From: a virus
Lineage: Duplodnaviria > Caudoviricetes
Length of the DNA: 28,709 nucleotides
Virus record (IMG/VR): IMGVR_UViG_3300007523_000058
Span: 1-28,709 of that record
Reading direction: 5' to 3' (one strand)
Shown here piece after piece: positions 19,027 to 26,438 of this stretch. The translations under genes and the position numbers were made by a program. Within the stretch, counting starts at the first letter, position 1. The number at the start of each line of letters is the position of its first letter. The notes beneath the pieces are model-generated. The model made no database searches. It saw nothing but the letters and a program-made list of their open reading frames with translations, and was not told where the DNA came from.

Positions 19027-20074
19027 ATGAGATGCCGTTCTTTTTTAATTCTTCTCTGTATTTCGGTTTTAATATTAAATTACCGCCAGACGTTTTTATC
19101 TTTAACCCAACTATATCACCTTTTGTTCCATCATGTTTAACGTAATCTATTCTATTCGTTATTTCTTCAACAAATTGGTCATGTTTATCTATATCTATTT
19201 CATCATTATTTGTCGGCAAATCTGGCAATATATTTGTGGCTTCTTCTGCAACATCCCCATATACTTTATATCTATTCAATTTGATGGCACCAGAAACATC
19301 CCTTAACAGTTTAACTTTTTTATCCTCATCATATGAATTTAAAAACGCTATAACAAGAATCACTGCAAATGGATCGAATACGAAGATAAGTAACATGATG
19401 AACCATTTTACAATAGTGTCCGTATCTTGCCCGAATGCTATGGCTATAAATCTAAAGCCTCCAATTTCACGTTCAACATCAACATTTTCCATTCTCGTTT
19501 GATAAATTAATTGATCTAATGAATCGACAGTTACTCTTGCATTATCGATGCGTGTACTCAGTTGGTTAATTTCGACGTTGGCTTCATTAATAAGATTAGT
19601 AGTGGTTCTAGCATTTGTCCAATTTTCACCTTCAACCAAACTATTATATCTTACCTCTTGTCTGGTTCTATTATCAGAAAGAATTTGGATCCTGCTTTCC
19701 CATCTTGGAATATCATTCTGAACACGTTCCTTTTGACTTTCAAATAACTCAACTTTGGAATCCACTTGATTGACATTAATTTGAGTCTGTGTATACGCGT
19801 TCGAAAGGAATCCAAATATACCAGCCGATGTAATACTAATCAACACAACGACACCAATTATCATATATGTTTTCATAACATTATTTGTGGCTTTCCAATG
19901 GTTATGGAGATATGCCGCGGCTACGAGTTTCCCGAACTCTAATGCCGCTGCCATAATTATAACTTGCAATGTAGCTCCACTAAACAGGAGACCAAGACCT
20001 GTTACTGAGAAGTAGGCCGCCACACCTGCGATTAATATCGCGGCGATGCCGGTAAGGAATGTCATTAATCGCAT
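19007..20074 (-). CDS. Multi-pass membrane protein with a long coiled coil, 355 aa
   Basis: Three N-terminal hydrophobic segments (AAYFSVTGL, LEFGKLVAA, ITSAGIFGFLS), a coiled coil, then LLIFVFDPFAVILVIA. Confidence 0.75.
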   Translation of the reverse strand: MRLMTFLTGIAAILIAGVAAYFSVTGLGLLFSGATLQVIIMAAALEFGKLVAAAYLHNHWKATNNVMKTYMIIGVVVLISITSAGIFGFLSNAYTQTQINVNQVDSKVELFESQKERVQNDIPRWESRIQILSDNRTRQEVRYNSLVEGENWTNARTTTNLINEANVEINQLSTRIDNARVTVDSLDQLIYQTRMENVDVEREIGGFRFIAIAFGQDTDTIVKWFIMLLIFVFDPFAVILVIAFLNSYDEDKKVKLLRDVSGAIKLNRYKVYGDVAEEATNILPDLPTNNDEIDIDKHDQFVEEITNRIDYVKHDGTKGDIVGLKIKTSGGNLILKPKYREELKKNGISYEEIKE

Positions 20075-20087
20075 TTTGGGCTCTGAA

Positions 20088-20261
20088 TTATTTAGATAAT
20101 TCTATCAACCGACGTGCTTCTTCTACTGATTGCCGAAGCCGTTTAATTGTATCAGACACTTGCAGAGCAGTTGCTTGTACGTGTCGTTGTTCAATACGTT
20201 CAAGCATATGCACTTGCATAAGAGCTTTGTCTAATTTATTAAGAATATTTTCTTTATACAT
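20088..20261 (-). CDS. Small helical protein, ~57 aa (start revised to MYKENILNK)
   Basis: The track start lies within the terminator hairpin; the ATG at 20261 follows the ATATTTATA motif. Confidence 0.6.
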   Translation of the reverse strand: MYKENILNKLDKALMQVHMLERIEQRHVQATALQVSDTIKRLRQSVEEARRLIELSK

Positions 20262-20307
20262 CTGTACTATACCATTGTAATTTGTGGCTATAAATATATA
20301 CAAATAC

Positions 20308-20330
20308 AAAAAGGGACACGACATCCCTTT
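20308..20330 (-). terminator. Intrinsic terminator after the HD gene
   Basis: AAAGGGATGTCGTGTCCCTTTTT hairpin plus U-tract. Confidence 0.75.
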
Positions 20331-20355
20331 ATTGTATATATTATATATGTGAAAA

Positions 20356-21021
20356 TTAGATATTACTAATTTGATCCCATACTGTATGTTCTTGTCGGCA
20401 AGACATCCAATCTGCCCAATGCAAAATATATGGTAATGATGTTTTTAATTGAAAATCTTGAGAATAAGAAACCCAATATTTCTTGCGTTGTTCATTGAAT
20501 AACCCATCAGCCAACATAATACCGAGCTGTTCATTCTGAGTGAACGTAACTCCATATCGATTGAGAAGCAATATGGCACGGTCTGTAACGTCCATAAATT
20601 GTAACTTTGGATTGATTGTAAAGTATTCATTTTTCTTATCCTGTGCCCATTTATCAGATTGAGGTATATAATATGAATGCTTCCCATCACCCAGCTTTCC
20701 TAAATCATGATGAAATGCCGCGAATACTAATTCTTCATCTGCGAAGTCATGTTCTAATATTCCGCCACCGTGGAGGAATAACTTTTTAAGCATTAATGAA
20801 TTCTGAACTACTCTAAGAACATGGTCGATATATCCGCCTCTATATGCAGAGTGAAAGTGTAACTTACCACTTGCTGGAGCGATCGCTAATTCCACCCCAA
20901 GTTCATCCTCCGAATACATATGTAGGAGTTTTTCCAGGCGTACGCCTGTGAAATGTGATTTTAGTTCATCGATGAACTTTTCGTAGTTTTCTTGTAACTG
21001 TGTATCTGTGTATTGTTTCAT
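20356..21021 (-). CDS. HD-domain metal-dependent phosphohydrolase (YhaM-like HD domain)
   Basis: APAS..HFHSAYRGGYIDH, FHHDLGK, LHWADW. Confidence 0.85.
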   Translation of the reverse strand: MKQYTDTQLQENYEKFIDELKSHFTGVRLEKLLHMYSEDELGVELAIAPASGKLHFHSAYRGGYIDHVLRVVQNSLMLKKLFLHGGGILEHDFADEELVFAAFHHDLGKLGDGKHSYYIPQSDKWAQDKKNEYFTINPKLQFMDVTDRAILLLNRYGVTFTQNEQLGIMLADGLFNEQRKKYWVSYSQDFQLKTSLPYILHWADWMSCRQEHTVWDQISNI

Positions 21022-21037
21022 TTCAGTAATTTATTAT

Positions 21038-21340
21038 TTAAATTGTCCTAGTAATGTGGATGGGTTTCTTTTTCGTTCCCGTTGGTTTGATTATTTCAAG
21101 AAAAGGAAAATACATATTATTGTAATCCATCTTCTTTGCTTTCTTTAGATTGCCGCTGTTACTATGTAGTAACGATATGATTCCAGCTTGTTGGTCTCGG
21201 TTTGACCACCCGTAAAATGTGGCTTTATACCAAATTTCATACCAGACTTTAGCATTCGGATTTATTTTGAATTTATCCGATTCCTCTTTAGCAATTGCTT
21301 TTTTATTCTTCGAACCTTTCGGCCGACCGCGCTTTGCCAT
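21038..21340 (-). CDS. Basic protein with an N-terminal AT-hook-like motif, 100 aa
   Basis: MAKRGRPKGSKNKK. Confidence 0.65.
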   Translation of the reverse strand: MAKRGRPKGSKNKKAIAKEESDKFKINPNAKVWYEIWYKATFYGWSNRDQQAGIISLLHSNSGNLKKAKKMDYNNMYFPFLEIIKPTGTKKKPIHITRTI

Positions 21341-21425
21341 AATTTAAAAACTGATTTTAGTACTGTCGATAATTTTTTATGTGATGCTTCATAACATCCA
21401 AGTAACCGCTGTTCGCTTCTTTTCA

Positions 21426-21575
21426 TTAATCCTTCCAGCCATCGAACAGATTGAGTATGAATACTCCAGCGATAATTAGAGCATATGGTTCAGGTATTCC
21501 TGGGTGCCCGAAGAACGGAGTAGCCATTATCCAATACATTAAACACCCGACAGCTGCGATTATTAAAGTTTTCAT
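21426..21575 (-). CDS. Small two-helix membrane protein, 49 aa
   Basis: MKTLIIAAVGCLMYWIMATPFFGHPGIPEPYALIIAGVFILNLFDGWKD; ATGA overlap with the upstream gene. Confidence 0.6.
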   Translation of the reverse strand: MKTLIIAAVGCLMYWIMATPFFGHPGIPEPYALIIAGVFILNLFDGWKD

Positions 21576-21766
21576 ATGGAATCTCCATCAAAATCCTCGG
21601 ATTCTTCCGTTTCCCATGGATCGAGTTTCAATAATTCATCCAAATCCAATAACGTATTTGTCATATTATCATTAATGAATTGATTTTTGTATTTCACGTT
21701 CGATTCAACGTGTGGTTTGCGGCGGTTACTTGATTCTTTTTTTTCTTTTTTGTAAGTCCTTCCCAT
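21572..21766 (-). CDS. Small protein, basic N-terminus and acidic C-terminus, 64 aa
   Basis: ORF in a tight chain. Confidence 0.6.
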   Translation of the reverse strand: MGRTYKKEKKESSNRRKPHVESNVKYKNQFINDNMTNTLLDLDELLKLDPWETEESEDFDGDSI

Positions 21767-21773
21767 TGTATTA

Positions 21774-22028
21774 TTAACTAAAGATTTTTTCCAGTTCTCG
21801 GCGCTGTACCACGCCGCTTATTTGTCCAATTTCTACTCCATTTCTCAAGAATACAGTAGATGGTACGGATCTAACATTATACTGTTCGGTTAATTTCTTA
21901 TTTGAATCAATATCTATTCGTTCGATTTGAACATTTCCATTAGCTGCTAGAAATTGTTCATATATTCCTTTATATACTCTACATGGCCCACACCAAGACG
22001 CGGAGAATACAATCATTTTATTACTCAT
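21774..22028 (-). CDS. trx: Thioredoxin
   Basis: WCGPC active site and VRSVPS cis-Pro loop. Confidence 0.92.
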   Translation of the reverse strand: MSNKMIVFSASWCGPCRVYKGIYEQFLAANGNVQIERIDIDSNKKLTEQYNVRSVPSTVFLRNGVEIGQISGVVQRRELEKIFS

Positions 22029-22029
22029 A

Positions 22030-22299
22030 TTATTTTATATCATTTTTAACAGTTAAAAGCGTATCACATAATTCATATTCTTCACATTTAATTAAGTGAT
22101 CCATAATTAGTTCAAACATAGTGTCAACATCCGTTATTTTTATTTCATAGTTATTTACGTTCGAACCATCCCAATATGTTATAGTTATATCCGCGGCTTT
22201 GCCATGTGGTTTACTGGATTCAATTGCATATATTAACGATTCCAGGTATGTAACCGACAACCGACCATCATTTAAATCTATAACAAATTTATTATCCAC
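22030..22299 (-). CDS. Hypothetical protein, 89 aa (GTG start)
   Basis: ORF abutting the thioredoxin gene. Confidence 0.6.
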   Translation of the reverse strand: MDNKFVIDLNDGRLSVTYLESLIYAIESSKPHGKAADITITYWDGSNVNNYEIKITDVDTMFELIMDHLIKCEEYELCDTLLTVKNDIK

Positions 22300-22305
22300 T
22301 GTTTC

Positions 22306-22608
22306 CTAATTTTTAAAAACTACCCATTCACCATATGAAACAGCGATAGGATATTCCATATTCCCAAATCGTTGATATGCATAACTTGATGGTTTAACGA
22401 TGTATTCACTAAGCTTTTCTTTTAGTTCATATTCAACTGATTCATCGAATTCATCTAATGATCCAAAAAAATGAAATCTATGTTCATATAAGTATTCTAG
22501 AAAATCACTCATTGACATATTATTAAGATCATCGAACCCGTCGTTTCCATCCGGTTCTCCATCGAATTCCTCATCATCGAACATATTACTTCTCATATTG
22601 ATTGCCAT
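22306..22608 (-). CDS. Hypothetical acidic protein, 100 aa
   Basis: ATG downstream of the ATATTTATA motif at 22631-22639; ends in TAG. Confidence 0.65.
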   Translation of the reverse strand: MAINMRSNMFDDEEFDGEPDGNDGFDDLNNMSMSDFLEYLYEHRFHFFGSLDEFDESVEYELKEKLSEYIVKPSSYAYQRFGNMEYPIAVSYGEWVVFKN

Positions 22609-22650
22609 TCATATGACGGTTTGTATCTACTATAAATATCAATAAAATGA

Positions 22651-23673
22651 TTAAATAATTCCAAATGCGGCATTTGTTTTTTCTCTAAGTAATTCGGCAT
22701 AAACCTTGGGTATAAACTTATTCAAAGCTTTATTGTCCTCTGGTGTTAATGGATATCCATTATTTTCTTCTCGCTCAATATCTTGAACCACTTCGTTTCG
22801 AATATATTGCATGTCTTTCATTTCGTATTCAATTGGATTACCATTTTCCTCTATTTTTTCAATTGCATGTTCAATCCTAGCAATCGTGACAAACTCACAA
22901 AATGGAGAATTAATATCAGCAACAGTAACTTTTACTTTTCTATGTGCTTCTTCTGAATATCGCTCTGTTTTATGTTTGATAATCAAACGATGATCGCTAT
23001 GCCAAATAGCATTAACCAGTAATCTATCTACGGGTTTGATTACTACTCCCTCAATAAACCCGTCACCTGTAACTTCTGATTTCATTGCTTCAACGTCTAG
23101 CGCTAATGCTTCTCGTATTGTATTTTGGGTCGCTACAACCGGTACTCTTGGTACGTTAAAATAATCCATCCAATAGTACGCATCACGGTGGGCGAGATAG
23201 TGAGCATCCTCATCCCGTTCTTTAAATAGAACATCGAAGTACAATACAGACAGCCCGTCCCAAGGGTAAGTAAATCCAGTTTTCAACCCGTTGCCACATA
23301 ATTCTCCAAAGAACACAAACCCCGTGCCTGTTTCTTCGAACTTCATTACGCAAACTCCCAAAAGTTTATCAATTTTATTCCGTGCTGCACTCGTCAATTT
23401 ATTCCAATTTGGATGGGCTGATTGCCCGACCCACGTCGGTTCAGATATATCTCCAGTGTACATTACATAAAATATTTGATTCCGCTGTCCAATAAACGGA
23501 TCGCCGGTTTCGGTTACTCCGACTCTAAAGTTTTCACCGTGAATCTTTTCAGTAACTATACATTTTAAATCAAGTAATTCATTTGTAATATTAGGTCCAA
23601 GCAATTCGCAACTTTTAGAAAAGTTCCTAACATTCATAATTGAATTATATTTCTGATCTTCCTTTGTTTTCAT
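22651..23673 (-). CDS. RNA ligase, Rnl2 family
   Basis: Nucleotidyltransferase motifs: I TEKIHGENF, III FFGELCG, IIIa YFDV, IV EGVVIKP, V IIKHK; helical C-domain. Confidence 0.85.
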   Translation of the reverse strand: MKTKEDQKYNSIMNVRNFSKSCELLGPNITNELLDLKCIVTEKIHGENFRVGVTETGDPFIGQRNQIFYVMYTGDISEPTWVGQSAHPNWNKLTSAARNKIDKLLGVCVMKFEETGTGFVFFGELCGNGLKTGFTYPWDGLSVLYFDVLFKERDEDAHYLAHRDAYYWMDYFNVPRVPVVATQNTIREALALDVEAMKSEVTGDGFIEGVVIKPVDRLLVNAIWHSDHRLIIKHKTERYSEEAHRKVKVTVADINSPFCEFVTIARIEHAIEKIEENGNPIEYEMKDMQYIRNEVVQDIEREENNGYPLTPEDNKALNKFIPKVYAELLREKTNAAFGII

Positions 23674-23914
23674 TATTCATTCGTTTTACTCCCGTTTCCA
23701 ATCTAGCAACTTTCATATTGGTTGCCCTTAAATCTCTGATAAATTTATTCGATGCATTATGCAACGTGTTAAAATTACCATTGGCTGCTGTATTAGCCTT
23801 ATTTAAATCATTATTTATTTTAGTAGCCGTGTTAGTCAACGCATCTATTATTGTGTATAAATACACAACCCCTACTATTAATAATACGATTAATATTCCG
23901 AAAATCCAATTCAT
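23645..23914 (-). CDS. Small membrane-anchored coiled-coil protein, 89 aa
   Basis: Hydrophobic residues 3-23. Confidence 0.65.
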   Translation of the reverse strand: MNWIFGILIVLLIVGVVYLYTIIDALTNTATKINNDLNKANTAANGNFNTLHNASNKFIRDLRATNMKVARLETGVKRMNNENKGRSEI

Positions 23915-23924
23915 TATTTTTTAT

Positions 23925-24431
23925 TCATTTAATATTCATAGTTCTCTTTGGGTCACGAGTACCGCATATATGCACCGTCCCATCTAAATCGTATTCAAGA
24001 AACACAACTTCAACATTTGCTTCTTTAAGCATTTGTTTGGATACTCTAAAGTGTTCTTTCCATATTTCATTTGATGTTCCTGCTCCTGTCACACACACTA
24101 TTTTAGAAATACCGGCACTTATGATACCCCTTGCACAATCAGCACAGGGTAAGCCACATGTAAGGTATATGGTACAATCTTTAGTAGATACACCAGTCAA
24201 TGCTGCATTAAAAATAGAATTTCTTTCTGCGTGTTCAAACCAGAAATACTTTTCAGGTCTTTCCTGTCGTTCAGATACATTATCATCAATTCCTCTTGGA
24301 AATGAATTATATCCAGTTGATATAATTTGATGATTCGACCCAACAATAACAGCCCCGATTTGGGTGCTTTCGTCTTTCGATTTTAACTTTACTTGTTCGG
24401 CAATGTTAATAAAATATTGTGTCCAGTCCAT
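23925..24431 (-). CDS. dCMP deaminase (deoxycytidylate deaminase family)
   Basis: SKD..TQIGAVIV, GYNSFPRG, HAERN, PCADC zinc motifs. Confidence 0.92.
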   Translation of the reverse strand: MDWTQYFINIAEQVKLKSKDESTQIGAVIVGSNHQIISTGYNSFPRGIDDNVSERQERPEKYFWFEHAERNSIFNAALTGVSTKDCTIYLTCGLPCADCARGIISAGISKIVCVTGAGTSNEIWKEHFRVSKQMLKEANVEVVFLEYDLDGTVHICGTRDPKRTMNIK

Positions 24432-25226
24432 TTATACTCCTGTAAAGAATTTATTTGAAGAATTACTTCCCCACTTTTGGTAATTATGCCCAAATTCATT
24501 CATATTGAATTCTGGTTGGTCTATTTCAACATACTTTCCATTAGTTGACCTAACTTCAAATAACAAATCTCCTTCTTTTGGATTTTTATTATTGTTGTAA
24601 GCGTCATATGAATTAAGTATGCGTTTACTTTGTTTATTCAATGGGTACATATACCGAAACATTAATCCCCGGATTCTGTCAATACCCTTTGATTCACAAA
24701 AATCATGTGTTAGCCAAAATATCTTTTCTCTTTTCGAAAAGATTGCGTTTTCTTCACATAACTTTCTGGCACTTCTTGGATGTACCTTTTCCTTTGTTTT
24801 CTTATCCATATAAACATCGGTCTTAAAGTACCCCAAATATTTGAAATTGGAGGCTTGATAAACGTATCCACATTTACCCATTATTCCATCAGCCAATGTA
24901 TAGAGAAACTGAATATTCAGATTTGCCTTTATGTATTTAATAAGAAGAGCCATTGCCTGAGACCCAAAATTAGATTGGTTTTTTTCAGGCAGAAAACACA
25001 TCTTTCCAATTTCGAAGTAATCCAGTGTGGTCAGATTGTGATTTGGAAACAATTTATTAATCGTTCCAAGTGGCTGTGTGCCCCATCCTAATGTAACAAC
25101 TCCGACTAATATATCATCTTCATAAAACCCAAGATAATGTTTTGTGAGTCTAGGCAAGATCTTGGAATAATGATATTGATGTATAAACTGAATCGCTGTA
25201 CTTTTCGGAATTTGATGTATAATCAT
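24432..25226 (-). CDS. mom: Mom-family (GNAT-like) DNA adenine hypermodification protein, 264 aa
   Basis: AIQFIHQYHYSK, LGFY....LVGVVTLG, FEIGKMCF, LYTLADG..G.CGYVYQASNFKYLG and C-terminal FRYMYPL match the motif series I recognise for Mu Mom-like proteins. Confidence 0.8.
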   Translation of the reverse strand: MIIHQIPKSTAIQFIHQYHYSKILPRLTKHYLGFYEDDILVGVVTLGWGTQPLGTINKLFPNHNLTTLDYFEIGKMCFLPEKNQSNFGSQAMALLIKYIKANLNIQFLYTLADGIMGKCGYVYQASNFKYLGYFKTDVYMDKKTKEKVHPRSARKLCEENAIFSKREKIFWLTHDFCESKGIDRIRGLMFRYMYPLNKQSKRILNSYDAYNNNKNPKEGDLLFEVRSTNGKYVEIDQPEFNMNEFGHNYQKWGSNSSNKFFTGV

Positions 25227-25240
25227 TATATTTGTTTAAA

Positions 25241-25277
25241 TAGGAAAAGGTAGTAGCCCACCATAGACTACTACCTT
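25241..25277 (-). terminator. Hairpin / probable terminator between tRNA-Gly and the mom-like gene
   Basis: AAGGTAGTAG-TCTATGGTGGG-CTACTACCTT followed by TTCCTATTT (weak U-tract). Confidence 0.6.
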
Positions 25278-25279
25278 CA

Positions 25280-25369
25280 AATCAATCAAATGTTTTTCAT
25301 GAAAAATGAACCAAACCCAACATGTTATTTAACATTAATGTTAAATAATTATTTAACATTTGATTGATT
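25280..25369. repeat. Nested palindrome cassette
   Basis: 15-bp terminal inverted repeats (25280-25294 / 25355-25369), TTTTTCATGAAAAA (25293-25306) and three alternating 12-bp TTATTTAACATT units (25325-25360). Confidence 0.85.
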
Positions 25370-25372
25370 AAG

Positions 25373-25443
25373 AGCGGAAGGATGGGAGCGCGCCATCTTC
25401 TCCTAACTGGTAGCCAGGCGAGTTCTATTAACTCTTCTTCCGC
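25373..25443 (-). tRNA. Atypical tRNA-Gly (anticodon ACC), 71 nt, CCA not encoded
   Basis: GCGGAAG AA GAGT-TAATAGA-ACTC G CCTGG-CTACCAG-TTAGG AGAA GATGG-CGCGCTC-CCATC CTTCCGC T. All four stems pair. Gly identity elements G1-C72, C2-G71, G3-C70, U73 and C35/C36 are present. Confidence 0.8.
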
Positions 25444-25449
25444 AAATTG

Positions 25450-26330
25450 TATACTGAGATTACGTATATTCCATTACTACCTTTGTTCCCGTACCGAGTC
25501 GGTGCGACCCTATCGTTAAGAACGTATCCACATATTCATCGAATATGTCTAGCAACATTGCCGCCTTTTTATAAAGTGAGGCCATTCACTTGTCATAGTA
25601 ACCATTCTCGATTATCGTCCTTCTCCCTACCTTGCGAGCAGTTGGTCCCAGCGATGGGATTGGATGCAGATTTCAATCAACTTACGTCAACCTTGCGAGT
25701 TTCAATAAGCCTTCATTCCATAAATGGTGAAGGATTAGGCAATTTGATTAGTTACTACCGGTGAAGTCTTTGCGTTTCACAGATGGAATTGAACCACCGA
25801 TGTTTTCTGATAAAGAAAATGCTTAACCACTAAGCTATTTTGTGTTTCTACTAAGGCGTGCTTCACCAGTCGCTCCATATCCGTTTGAGATACAGAATAC
25901 AACACGCCTTTATACGTTTCGGGCTACCAACCCTACTGTGCGATATTTCAAGATTACTAGGATTATCTAAATAACCCGTTTACCTTTAATATTGATTTTC
26001 TGCCTTTACATTGGTGATGCTCAGACTTCAATCTACGTCTTACTCTATTAGAGTTCATATGTTGGATTATGCTAGGTGAAGTTCCCACTTCTATTCTGAA
26101 TTCCACTGTTAGCCAAATTCATATCTTTGTCAAAAGACTTAACATACATACTTTTCTCTTTACTTCCCCGTTACAGGAGAACATCTGTCGACCAGATGTA
26201 AAGCGTACGCTTGTTTAGATGAACCAAAGTAAACTCTGGCGGGATAGTGTAGACTACGCCCTTTCAACACCTTGCGATGTCATATTCTTTATCTCCGAAG
26301 AGATTGGATCCCAAACAACCCGATTATCAT
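25450..26330 (-). ncRNA. Large structured ncRNA, GOLLD-like (~880 nt; ends approximate)
   Basis: No minus-strand ORF. Many hairpins: ATCTC-TTCG-GAGAT, three GCAA-capped stems, AAGGCGTG...CACGCCTT, ACATATTC/GAATATGT. It has an internal tRNA relic and an adjacent tRNA. The segments GGCGTGTTGTATTC and 3' TAATCTCAG resemble GOLLD as I recall it. Confidence 0.65.
25778..25844 (-). pseudogene. tRNA-like element embedded in the large ncRNA (nominal anticodon TAT, eroded acceptor stem)
   Basis: TA-GCTT-AGTGGTT-AAGC D-arm, TTTTC-TTTATCA-GAAAA anticodon arm and GGTGG-TTCAATT-CCATC T-arm; the acceptor stem is only CACA/TGTG. Confidence 0.7.
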
Positions 26331-26331
26331 T

Positions 26332-26425
26332 ATTTTAAAGAACTAAAACTTTCGTTCCCTTTTGTGTATATACATATACAACTAATTTCGAAAACGTTCG
26401 TTTTTTATATGAAGTGTTAATGAAT
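26332..26425 (-). promoter_or_regulatory. Promoter/leader of the stable-RNA unit with a boxA-like element
   Basis: ATTCAT-N5-CTTCAT...TTGTATATGTATA (a degenerate copy of the 27.1/27.8 kb elements), then AGTTCTTTAAAAT immediately before the ncRNA. Confidence 0.5.
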
Positions 26426-26438
26426 CAATTGATTAATA

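Noticed and set aside
21262-21426. Possible ~54-aa ORF MKRSEQRLLGCYEASHKK
   Set aside because: It is coupled to the upstream stop but overlaps the AT-hook gene by about half its length; insufficient support
25447-25764. 105-aa plus-strand ORF in the non-coding region
   Set aside because: TTG start, opposite to the local gene direction, no motifs; better explained by the structured RNA on the minus strand
25450-26330. Group I/II intron or rRNA fragment
   Set aside because: It does not interrupt a gene, and I could not identify intron core or rRNA signature sequences; not formally excluded without a covariance search
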